NCBI GenBank assembly: GCA_964057225.1
Contig: OZ059894.1
Span: 11,966,001 to 12,030,000 of the forward strand
DNA: 64,000 bases
Source of the DNA: Auanema rhodensis
Lineage: Eukaryota; Animalia; Nematoda
Direction: 5' to 3'
Shown: piece by piece, positions 53,117 to 64,000 of the stretch
Position numbering within the stretch: the stretch's first letter is position 1
Layout of the letters: each line of letters starts with the position of its first letter
Made by a program: the position numbers and the translations under genes
Notes under the pieces: model-generated
What the model saw: only the letters and a program-made list of their open reading frames with translations
Database searches by the model: none
Told to the model about the DNA's origin: nothing

Positions 53117-53302
53117 AATGGGCCGTTCCCGCCAGCAGTGCAAGAGCGGGTCGACCCGTGAGGTGGAGCTAGCAAGCCAGCATCTACCTCAAGTCTCAAA
53201 AATCGGTTAACCTTATTGTGAACCAATGGAACACATATCGAAGGTTAATTCGATAAGAACGATTACTACACTTTGATCTTAGCCAAAAGGCCGAGAAGCG
53301 AT
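53117..53302 (-). ncRNA. U2: U2 snRNA, intact
   Basis: Same as 18433-18618. Confidence 0.96.
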
Positions 53303-53744
53303 ACAGCATAGCCATGAGTATCAAAGACATCAAGCAAATGTATCGTACTTGTTACGAGTGCACTCTCTCATTTGAATATAAAAGTGTGGTTTGACAATCT
53401 TGACTGTACAGGTCATAAATGGCTCATATAAACTGTGGATTTACTCAACTTTTGGACTTATTTTTTTCTTATTCGAAGCGCTGCACTTTTTTCTATTCTT
53501 TTTATTCAAATACTTGTATATAGTTTTATATGTACGGTTGCAAAGTTTCCGAATATTTTATATATTTTTATACAATAATTAGGAGAAGGTTAATACAATG
53601 AAATCTCCCAACTTTACAGTGTTTGTATTGCTTACAGTATCTAGAACAACCACTCTTGTAATATTAGAGCACATATCAATCAACAACTTTTTCTAGTTAT
53701 CAAAGCTTTTTTATTTCTTCAAGATATTTCAAATAAAATATAAA

Positions 53745-53863
53745 AGCTTACGACACCCGGGATTCCCAAGCCGTCTCCGATCCAAGTACTAACCGGGCCC
53801 AACGTTGCTTGACTTGCCAGATCGGACGGGATGGCGTACTTTCAACGTGGTATGGTCGTAAGC
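53745..53863 (-). rRNA. 5S: 5S rRNA
   Basis: Identical copy. Confidence 0.97.
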
Positions 53864-54104
53864 AATGTTATATTCTTCATTATCAGTTATATCACTCTAA
53901 ATCTTGTTGTTAATAGTTAGGACCACAAAGAAAACAACAGGAACAGTAACAAATGAAATGCCCAAACTTTACAGTGTTCGAGTTATTTACAGTATCTAAG
54001 ACTACCTCTGTCGTGTTATTAGAGCAAACATTCGATTAACAACAACTTTTTTTTAGTTATCAAAGCTTTTTTATTTCTTCAAAAAATTTCAAATAAAATA
54101 TAAA

Positions 54105-54223
54105 AGCTTACGACACCCGGGATTCCCAAGCCGTCTCCGATCCAAGTACTAACCGGGCCCAACGTTGCTTGACTTGCCAGATCGGACGGGATGGCGTACT
54201 TTCAACGTGGTATGGTCGTAAGC
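54105..54223 (-). rRNA. 5S: 5S rRNA
   Basis: Identical copy. Confidence 0.97.
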
Positions 54224-54365
54224 AATGTCATATTCTTCATTATCAGTTATATCACTCTAAATCTTGTTGTTAATAGATACGACCACAAAGAAAACAACAG
54301 GAACAGTAACAATAACAAAAAAAATTTTTTTTTCACCTATGTGTCTAAAGGTTAGCCATGTATCC

Positions 54366-54421
<56 letters not shown>

Positions 54422-55601
54422 ACAGTAAAAAGTCCAATCAAGAGAGAAATTTTTTCAACACATAGTTGTTTTTTTTTTAAATATCATTGTTTTTCCTCAT
54501 AACTCGGTTTAAACTCGTTCTAACCCGTTGAAATACGTCTAGAAAGTCTTTATAACATGCATATGTATGATAGAACTTCATATTTATTGTAATAGAAAAT
54601 TTTATTTTCAGACGTCTTGGTTAACAATGATATGTTTTACCCCCTTATAATTTTTATCATAATGTTCCTTATACGGAACGCTCAATGAAACTTGCTTCCA
54701 GAAAAATTTCTTTCTATTTTTTCTTCATATGTACGTAGATACTATAGAGAACTATGATAGAAAACTTTAACATTCACGAAATCATCATTTCTCATTACGC
54801 TACGGAGGTTTAAAAAGCTGTGTTTTACCTTATAATAGACCGGAAAACCCTTGTGTTAAAACTGGACCGTTTTTACACATATAAAAATGTCCCGTATTCG
54901 GGACCCTAATGTAACTTTTGATTCCCTATATTTTTTTTCATGAAATTTACAATCTACTGTAGAAAGAAGAATTATTTTTATAAAAACTGTAAATTTTTGA
55001 AAAATGAAAACAAAACGAAAACAAAAACAACTTTTTTTTGAACATTTTCTCACACAAGGGTCCCCCCTTACCTACTTTTTTTCTCATTACTCGTTTCAAC
55101 CTCATCCGATCACTCTGCAAACATGTTTAATCGTTCTAACTTGTTGAAATACGTCTTAAAAGTCTAAACAACATGCATATGCATAATAGAAACCACCCGA
55201 ATAGGCCCCCACGCACTAAACGAGATATATACATTACCAGTATAGTAATAGAACACATATTGAAGATTAATTCGATAAGAACAATTTATTGACGTAGAGA
55301 ATGTTTGTTCCGAAAAACTACAATATTAAACTATAAAAGTAACAAAAGCGTAGAGGCAGCAAAGACATGAATAAACATAAATGTAAATACAGAATTACCA
55401 GGTAGTACATAAGTATGACAAAAAATTATAAGAAAGCCATGAAAATAGAAGGTTTGTGAACAAATGAGAGGTACATCTTTGATCGTATAGTCATTTCTAA
55501 ACCGTTCGTATGCTGCAGCATCGTCATAAGCGTCACTCAAGTTGAATTTCCATGTGTACTACACGATTTTCATTCTTATTGTTACATTCTTTCCCTGAGG
55601 G

Positions 55602-55787
55602 AATGGGCCGTTCCCGCCAGCAGTGCAAGAGCGGGTCGACCCGTGAGGTGGAGCTAGCAAGCCAGCATCTACCTCAAGTCTCAAAAATCGGTTAACCTTA
55701 TTGTGAACCAATGGAACACATATCGAAGGTTAATTCGATAAGAACGATTACTACACTTTGATCTTAGCCAAAAGGCCGAGAAGCGAT
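55602..55787 (-). ncRNA. U2: U2 snRNA, intact
   Basis: Same as 18433-18618. Confidence 0.96.
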
Positions 55788-56229
55788 ACAGCATAGCCAT
55801 GAGTATCAAAGACATCAAGCAAATGTATCGTACTTGTTACGAGTGCACTCTCTCATTTGAATATAAAAGTGTGGTTTGACAATCTTGACTGTACAGGTCA
55901 TAAATGGCTCATATAAACTGTGGATTTACTCAACTTTTGGACTTATTTTTTTCTTATTCGAAGCGCTGCACTTTTTTCTATTCTTTTTATTCAAATACTT
56001 GTATATAGTTTTATATGTACGGTTGCAAAGTTTCCGAATATTTTATATATTTTTATACAATAATTAGGAGAAGGTTAATACAATGAAATCTCCCAACTTT
56101 ACAGTGTTTGTATTGCTTACAGTATCTAGAACAACCACTCTTGTAATATTAGAGCACATATCAATCAACAACTTTTTCTAGTTATCAAAGCTTTTTTATT
56201 TCTTCAAGATATTTCAAATAAAATATAAA

Positions 56230-56348
56230 AGCTTACGACACCCGGGATTCCCAAGCCGTCTCCGATCCAAGTACTAACCGGGCCCAACGTTGCTTGACTT
56301 GCCAGATCGGACGGGATGGCGTACTTTCAACGTGGTATGGTCGTAAGC
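56230..56348 (-). rRNA. 5S: 5S rRNA
   Basis: Identical copy. Confidence 0.97.
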
Positions 56349-56589
56349 AATGTTATATTCTTCATTATCAGTTATATCACTCTAAATCTTGTTGTTAATA
56401 GTTAGGACCACAAAGAAAACAACAGGAACAGTAACAAATGAAATGCCCAAACTTTACAGTGTTCGAGTTATTTACAGTATCTAAGACTACCTCTGTCGTG
56501 TTATTAGAGCAAACATTCGATTAACAACAACTTTTTTTTAGTTATCAAAGCTTTTTTATTTCTTCAAAAAATTTCAAATAAAATATAAA

Positions 56590-56708
56590 AGCTTACGACA
56601 CCCGGGATTCCCAAGCCGTCTCCGATCCAAGTACTAACCGGGCCCAACGTTGCTTGACTTGCCAGATCGGACGGGATGGCGTACTTTCAACGTGGTATGG
56701 TCGTAAGC
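56590..56708 (-). rRNA. 5S: 5S rRNA
   Basis: Identical copy. Confidence 0.97.
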
Positions 56709-56850
56709 AATGTCATATTCTTCATTATCAGTTATATCACTCTAAATCTTGTTGTTAATAGATACGACCACAAAGAAAACAACAGGAACAGTAACAATAA
56801 CAAAAAAAATTTTTTTTTCACCTATGTGTCTAAAGGTTAGCCATGTATCC

Positions 56851-56904
<54 letters not shown>

Positions 56905-58084
56905 ACAGTAAAAAGTCCAATCAAGAGAGAAATTTTTTCAACACATAGTTGTTTTTTTTTTAAATATCATTGTTTTTCCTCATAACTCGGTTTAAACTCG
57001 TTCTAACCCGTTGAAATACGTCTAGAAAGTCTTTATAACATGCATATGTATGATAGAACTTCATATTTATTGTAATAGAAAATTTTATTTTCAGACGTCT
57101 TGGTTAACAATGATATGTTTTACCCCCTTATAATTTTTATCATAATGTTCCTTATACGGAACGCTCAATGAAACTTGCTTCCAGAAAAATTTCTTTCTAT
57201 TTTTTCTTCATATGTACGTAGATACTATAGAGAACTATGATAGAAAACTTTAACATTCACGAAATCATCATTTCTCATTACGCTACGGAGGTTTAAAAAG
57301 CTGTGTTTTACCTTATAATAGACCGGAAAACCCTTGTGTTAAAACTGGACCGTTTTTACACATATAAAAATGTCCCGTATTCGGGACCCTAATGTAACTT
57401 TTGATTCCCTATATTTTTTTTCATGAAATTTACAATCTACTGTAGAAAGAAGAATTATTTTTATAAAAACTGTAAATTTTTGAAAAATGAAAACAAAACG
57501 AAAACAAAAACAACTTTTTTTTGAACATTTTCTCACACAAGGGTCCCCCCTTACCTACTTTTTTTCTCATTACTCGTTTCAACCTCATCCGATCACTCTG
57601 CAAACATGTTTAATCGTTCTAACTTGTTGAAATACGTCTTAAAAGTCTAAACAACATGCATATGCATAATAGAAACCACCCGAATAGGCCCCCACGCACT
57701 AAACGAGATATATACATTACCAGTATAGTAATAGAACACATATTGAAGATTAATTCGATAAGAACAATTTATTGACGTAGAGAATGTTTGTTCCGAAAAA
57801 CTACAATATTAAACTATAAAAGTAACAAAAGCGTAGAGGCAGCAAAGACATGAATAAACATAAATGTAAATACAGAATTACCAGGTAGTACATAAGTATG
57901 ACAAAAAATTATAAGAAAGCCATGAAAATAGAAGGTTTGTGAACAAATGAGAGGTACATCTTTGATCGTCTAGTCATTTCTAAACCGTTCGTATGCTGCA
58001 GCATCGTCATAAGCGTCACTCAAGTTGAATTTCCATGTGTACTACACGATTTTCATTCTTATTGTTACATTCTTTCCCTGAGGG

Positions 58085-58270
58085 AATGGGCCGTTCCCGC
58101 CAGCAGTGCAAGAGCGGGTCGACCCGTGAGGTGGAGCTAGCAAGCCAGCATCTACCTCAAGTCTCAAAAATCGGTTAACCTTATTGTGAACCAATGGAAC
58201 ACATATCGAAGGTTAATTCGATAAGAACGATTACTACACTTTGATCTTAGCCAAAAGGCCGAGAAGCGAT
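58085..58270 (-). ncRNA. U2: U2 snRNA, intact
   Basis: Same as 18433-18618. Confidence 0.96.
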
Positions 58271-58712
58271 ACAGCATAGCCATGAGTATCAAAGACATCA
58301 AGCAAATGTATCGTACTTGTTACGAGTGCACTCTCTCATTTGAATATAAAAGTGTGGTTTGACAATCTTGACTGTACAGGTCATAAATGGCTCATATAAA
58401 CTGTGGATTTACTCAACTTTTGGACTTATTTTTTTCTTATTCGAAGCGCTGCACTTTTTTCTATTCTTTTTATTCAAATACTTGTATATAGTTTTATATG
58501 TACGGTTGCAAAGTTTCCGAATATTTTATATATTTTTATACAATAATTAGGAGAAGGTTAATACAATGAAATCTCCCAACTTTACAGTGTTTGTATTGCT
58601 TACAGTATCTAGAACAACCACTCTTGTAATATTAGAGCACATATCAATCAACAACTTTTTCTAGTTATCAAAGCTTTTTTATTTCTTCAAGATATTTCAA
58701 ATAAAATATAAA

Positions 58713-58831
58713 AGCTTACGACACCCGGGATTCCCAAGCCGTCTCCGATCCAAGTACTAACCGGGCCCAACGTTGCTTGACTTGCCAGATCGGACGGGAT
58801 GGCGTACTTTCAACGTGGTATGGTCGTAAGC
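58713..58831 (-). rRNA. 5S: 5S rRNA
   Basis: Identical copy. Confidence 0.97.
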
Positions 58832-59072
58832 AATGTTATATTCTTCATTATCAGTTATATCACTCTAAATCTTGTTGTTAATAGTTAGGACCACAAAGAA
58901 AACAACAGGAACAGTAACAAATGAAATGCCCAAACTTTACAGTGTTCGAGTTATTTACAGTATCTAAGACTACCTCTGTCGTGTTATTAGAGCTAACATT
59001 CGATTAACAACAACTTTTTTTTAGTTATCAAAGCTTTTTTATTTCTTCAAAAAATTTCAAATAAAATATAAA

Positions 59073-59191
59073 AGCTTACGACACCCGGGATTCCCAAGCC
59101 GTCTCCGATCCAAGTACTAACCGGGCCCAACGTTGCTTGACTTGCCAGATCGGACGGGATGGCGTACTTTCAACGTGGTATGGTCGTAAGC
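59073..59191 (-). rRNA. 5S: 5S rRNA
   Basis: Identical copy. Confidence 0.97.
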
Positions 59192-59333
59192 AATGTCATA
59201 TTCTTCATTATCAGTTATATCACTCTAAATCTTGTTGTTAATAGATACGACCACAAAGAAAACAACAGGAACAGTAACAATAACAAAAAAAATTTTTTTT
59301 TCACCTATGTGTCTAAAGGTTAGCCATGTATCC

Positions 59334-59381
<48 letters not shown>

Positions 59382-60561
59382 ACAGTAAAAAGTCCAATCA
59401 AGAGAGAAATTTTTTCAACACATAGTTGTTTTTTTTTTAAATATCATTGTTTTTCCTCATAACTCGGTTTAAACTCGTTCTAACCCGTTGAAATACGTCT
59501 AGAAAGTCTTTATAACATGCATATGTATGATAGAACTTCATATTTATTGTAATAGAAAATTTTATTTTCAGACGTCTTGGTTAACAATGATATGTTTTAC
59601 CCCCTTATAATTTTTATCATAATGTTCCTTATACGGAACGCTCAATGAAACTTGCTTCCAGAAAAATTTCTTTCTATTTTTTCTTCATATGTACGTAGAT
59701 ACTATAGAGAACTATGATAGAAAACTTTAACATTCACGAAATCATCATTTCTCATTACGCTACGGAGGTTTAAAAAGCTGTGTTTTACCTTATAATAGAC
59801 CGGAAAACCCTTGTGTTAAAACTGGACCGTTTTTACACATATAAAAATGTCCCGTATTCGGGACCCTAATGTAACTTTTGATTCCCTATATTTTTTTTCA
59901 TGAAATTTACAATCTACTGTAGAAAGAAGAATTATTTTTATAAAAACTGTAAATTTTTGAAAAATGAAAACAAAACGAAAACAAAAACAACTTTTTTTTG
60001 AACATTTTCTCACACAAGGGTCCCCCCTTACCTACTTTTTTTCTCATTACTCGTTTCAACCTCATCCGATCACTCTGCAAACATGTTTAATCGTTCTAAC
60101 TTGTTGAAATACGTCTTAAAAGTCTAAACAACATGCATATGCATAATAGAAACCACCCGAATAGGCCCCCACGCACTAAACGAGATATATACATTACCAG
60201 TATAGTAATAGAACACATATTGAAGATTAATTCGATAAGAACAATTTATTGACGTAGAGAATGTTTGTTCCGAAAAACTACAATATTAAACTATAAAAGT
60301 AACAAAAGCGTAGAGGCAGCAAAGACATGAATAAACATAAATGTAAATACAGAATTACCAGGTAGTACATAAGTATGACAAAAAATTATAAGAAAGCCAT
60401 GAAAATAGAAGGTTTGTGAACAAATGAGAGGTACATCTTTGATCGTATAGTCATTTCTAAACCGTTCGTATGCTGCAGCATCGTCATAAGCGTCACTCAA
60501 GTTGAATTTCCATGTGTACTACACGATTTTCATTCTTATTGTTACATTCTTTCCCTGAGGG

Positions 60562-60747
60562 AATGGGCCGTTCCCGCCAGCAGTGCAAGAGCGGGTCGAC
60601 CCGTGAGGTGGAGCTAGCAAGCCAGCATCTACCTCAAGTCTCAAAAATCGGTTAACCTTATTGTGAACCAATGGAACACATATCGAAGGTTAATTCGATA
60701 AGAACGATTACTACACTTTGATCTTAGCCAAAAGGCCGAGAAGCGAT
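60562..60747 (-). ncRNA. U2: U2 snRNA, intact
   Basis: Same as 18433-18618. Confidence 0.96.
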
Positions 60748-61189
60748 ACAGCATAGCCATGAGTATCAAAGACATCAAGCAAATGTATCGTACTTGTTAC
60801 GAGTGCACTCTCTCATTTGAATATAAAAGTGTGGTTTGACAATCTTGACTGTACAGGTCATAAATGGCTCATATAAACTGTGGATTTACTCAACTTTTGG
60901 ACTTATTTTTTTCTTATTCGAAGCGCTGCACTTTTTTCTATTCTTTTTATTCAAATACTTGTATATAGTTTTATATGTACGGTTGCAAAGTTTCCGAATA
61001 TTTTATATATTTTTATACAATAATTAGGAGAAGGTTAATACAATGAAATCTCCCAACTTTACAGTGTTTGTATTGCTTACAGTATCTAGAACAACCACTC
61101 TTGTAATATTAGAGCACATATCAATCAACAACTTTTTCTAGTTATCAAAGCTTTTTTATTTCTTCAAGATATTTCAAATAAAATATAAA

Positions 61190-61308
61190 AGCTTACGACA
61201 CCCGGGATTCCCAAGCCGTCTCCGATCCAAGTACTAACCGGGCCCAACGTTGCTTGACTTGCCAGATCGGACGGGATGGCGTACTTTCAACGTGGTATGG
61301 TCGTAAGC
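61190..61308 (-). rRNA. 5S: 5S rRNA
   Basis: Identical copy. Confidence 0.97.
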
Positions 61309-61549
61309 AATGTTATATTCTTCATTATCAGTTATATCACTCTAAATCTTGTTGTTAATAGTTAGGACCACAAAGAAAACAACAGGAACAGTAACAAATG
61401 AAATGCCCAAACTTTACAGTGTTCGAGTTATTTACAGTATCTAAGACTACCTCTGTCGTGTTATTAGAGCAAACATTCGATTAACAACAACTTTTTTTTA
61501 GTTATCAAAGCTTTTTTATTTCTTCAAAAAATTTCAAATAAAATATAAA

Positions 61550-61668
61550 AGCTTACGACACCCGGGATTCCCAAGCCGTCTCCGATCCAAGTACTAACCG
61601 GGCCCAACGTTGCTTGACTTGCCAGATCGGACGGGATGGCGTACTTTCAACGTGGTATGGTCGTAAGC
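61550..61668 (-). rRNA. 5S: 5S rRNA
   Basis: Identical copy. Confidence 0.97.
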
Positions 61669-61810
61669 AATGTCATATTCTTCATTATCAGTTATATCAC
61701 TCTAAATCTTGTTGTTAATAGATACGACCACAAAGAAAACAACAGGAACAGTAACAATAACAAAAAAAATTTTTTTTTCACCTATGTGTCTAAAGGTTAG
61801 CCATGTATCC

Positions 61811-61862
<52 letters not shown>

Positions 61863-63042
61863 ACAGTAAAAAGTCCAATCAAGAGAGAAATTTTTTCAAC
61901 ACATAGTTGTTTTTTTTTTAAATATCATTGTTTTTCCTCATAACTCGGTTTAAACTCGTTCTAACCCGTTGAAATACGTCTAGAAAGTCTTTATAACATG
62001 CATATGTATGATAGAACTTCATATTTATTGTAATAGAAAATTTTATTTTCAGACGTCTTGGTTAACAATGATATGTTTTACCCCCTTATAATTTTTATCA
62101 TAATGTTCCTTATACGGAACGCTCAATGAAACTTGCTTCCAGAAAAATTTCTTTCTATTTTTTCTTCATATGTACGTAGATACTATAGAGAACTATGATA
62201 GAAAACTTTAACATTCACGAAATCATCATTTCTCATTACGCTACGGAGGTTTAAAAAGCTGTGTTTTACCTTATAATAGACCGGAAAACCCTTGTGTTAA
62301 AACTGGACCGTTTTTACACATATAAAAATGTCCCGTATTCGGGACCCTAATGTAACTTTTGATTCCCTATATTTTTTTTCATGAAATTTACAATCTACTG
62401 TAGAAAGAAGAATTATTTTTATAAAAACTGTAAATTTTTGAAAAATGAAAACAAAACGAAAACAAAAACAACTTTTTTTTGAACATTTTCTCACACAAGG
62501 GTCCCCCCTTACCTACTTTTTTTCTCATTACTCGTTTCAACCTCATCCGATCACTCTGCAAACATGTTTAATCGTTCTAACTTGTTGAAATACGTCTTAA
62601 AAGTCTAAACAACATGCATATGCATAATAGAAACCACCCGAATAGGCCCCCACGCACTAAACGAGATATATACATTACCAGTATAGTAATAGAACACATA
62701 TTGAAGATTAATTCGATAAGAACAATTTATTGACGTAGAGAATGTTTGTTCCGAAAAACTACAATATTAAACTATAAAAGTAACAAAAGCGTAGAGGCAG
62801 CAAAGACATGAATAAACATAAATGTAAATACAGAATTACCAGGTAGTACATAAGTATGACAAAAAATTATAAGAAAGCCATGAAAATAGAAGGTTTGTGA
62901 ACAAATGAGAGGTACATCTTTGATCGTATAGTCATTTCTAAACCGTTCGTATGCTGCAGCATCGTCATAAGCGTCACTCAAGTTGAATTTCCATGTGTAC
63001 TACACGATTTTCATTCTTATTGTTACATTCTTTCCCTGAGGG

Positions 63043-63189
63043 AATGGGCCGTTCCCGCCAGCAGTGCAAGAGCGGGTCGACCCGTGAGGTGGAGCTAGCA
63101 AGCCAGCATCTACCTCAAGTCTCAAAAATCGGTTAACCTTATTGTGAACCAATGGAACACATATCGAAGGTTAATTCGATAAGAACGAT
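63043..63189 (-). pseudogene. U2: U2 snRNA 3' part (nt 40-end), interrupted by Utopia-like retrotransposon
   Basis: U2 identity stops at 63189 (nt 40). Confidence 0.93.
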
Positions 63190-64000
63190 GGTTTATTGAA
63201 TAAATAATGTTATGATACAATAAATAACCAATAAAAAAGAGCCCAGAATCGGGGAGACGGTATTACCAGTACAACTTAAAACAGCAAGTGATTAAAAAGT
63301 ACAAAATAAAACACATTACCAACAGAGGCTAAAACGACTCAAGAGTCGGGGGAGTGGGTTAAAAAAAGTAATGAATAACAAAAAAATGAATAATAAAGCA
63401 GAACAGTGAAAAGTAAATATCAAGTGCCGCTATGATCAAACAATTTGAGTGCCTACGGCAATGGTGTTAAAAATAAACAACAAAATACATGTACCAATGA
63501 AGGTCAGAAGGAAAGAGAAAAAAAAAAAAAAAAAAAAAAAGACCAAAATAAGTAATACAAAAAGTAAACACATTACAATCGAATCACAAACAAGTCAATG
63601 GATAATTTCTTCTTCATACTGCCTTACACCAGAAACATGTTCCACGTAGATATTCCTGGCCCACTTGATGGTATCGGCGACGATGAGCTTCTCCATTAGC
63701 CGGTTGTAGTGGCTGCTGATCTTGAGTGATCGGAGGGCTTGTCCGTTGAGCGGGTCCATAGTTCCAAGCGTTCCTACGACATACGCTTCTACACTAGTCT
63801 TATAACCAAGACATTGGTATTGGCTGGCTATGTCAGCATATTTCCTCTCCTTTATCATACGCGCGGCTATCATGGCTTGTCGGCGGTTTTCATAGCTCAC
63901 TGTAACATCAACGATACTACAGTGTTTTGCGTCATGATCGACCACTACTATGTCAGGTCGGAGTGTACTATTAATGCCAGGAAGTGGCTGGTTAGTGTAA
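63190..64000 (-). mobile_element. 3' end of a Utopia-like (NeSL clade, R2 superfamily) U2-targeting non-LTR retrotransposon: RLE domain + 405-bp 3' UTR
   Basis: Same orientation as U2, joined just after GTAGTA; ends ...TTCAATAAACC; ORF with RLE motifs; continues beyond window. Confidence 0.92.
63595..63999 (-). CDS. C-terminal restriction-like endonuclease domain of non-LTR retrotransposon ORF (5'-partial)
   Basis: Frame is open to the window edge: YTNQPLPGINSTLRPDIVVVD..IVDVTVSYEN..K.RKY..VVGTLG..DTIKWARNIYVEHVSGVRQY; PD-D-(E)xK/KY RLE motifs and a Utopia-type C-terminus. Confidence 0.92.
   Translation of the reverse strand, partial: YTNQPLPGINSTLRPDIVVVDHDAKHCSIVDVTVSYENRRQAMIAARMIKERKYADIASQYQCLGYKTSVEAYVVGTLGTMDPLNGQALRSLKISSHYNRLMEKLIVADTIKWARNIYVEHVSGVRQYEEEIIH

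Larger units (their letters stand above)
1..63189 (-). repeat. Tandem U2 snRNA / 5S rRNA multigene array, ~25 units (~2.45-2.51 kb basic unit; ~3.31 kb with element A; 2.95 kb with element A and a single 5S)
   Basis: Identical ORF-track entries recur at 3313-bp then ~2475-bp periods; units are near-identical on reading, differing mainly in (AT)n length, U2 insertion and 5S copy number. Confidence 0.98.

Noticed and set aside
18-63000. Recurrent 60-80 aa ORFs (MSDAY.., MTILT.., MRKCS.., MLLID.., MRRII.., MYRLL..)
   Set aside because: Short, mostly non-ATG starts, compositionally biased, some running through (AT)n or 5S; they recur only because the unit is repeated.
63449-63649. Plus-strand poly-Lys ORF
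   Set aside because: Antisense reading of the T-rich retrotransposon 3' UTR.

Overview
AT-rich eukaryotic (nematode-type 5S and U2 sequences) tandem array. About 25 head-to-tail units each carry one U2 snRNA gene and usually two 5S rRNA genes, all on the minus strand, plus a variable (AT)n tract. The basic unit is about 2.47 kb. There are 46 5S copies and 18 intact U2 genes. The array is parasitised at one site in U2, just 3' of the GUAGUA branch-point recognition sequence (nt 39/40). (i) The five units before the 200-N gap each contain an apparently identical 789-bp non-coding insert (element A) flanked by a 40-bp U2 duplication. (ii) A diverged relative (element B) lies right after the gap. 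(iii) The window ends in the 3' end of a Utopia/NeSL-type non-LTR retrotransposon (restriction-like endonuclease domain) joined to the same U2 position. The non-coding elements show covarying RNA structure at both ends, a 5' terminus antisense to the U2 branch-point recognition sequence, and a 3' tail similar to the Utopia tail. They look like U2-specific non-autonomous (SINE/SIDE-like) retroelements. A fossil tail-U2-head junction of the same family is fixed in every unit's spacer. Apart from the Utopia ORF, the short ORFs in the track are judged spurious.
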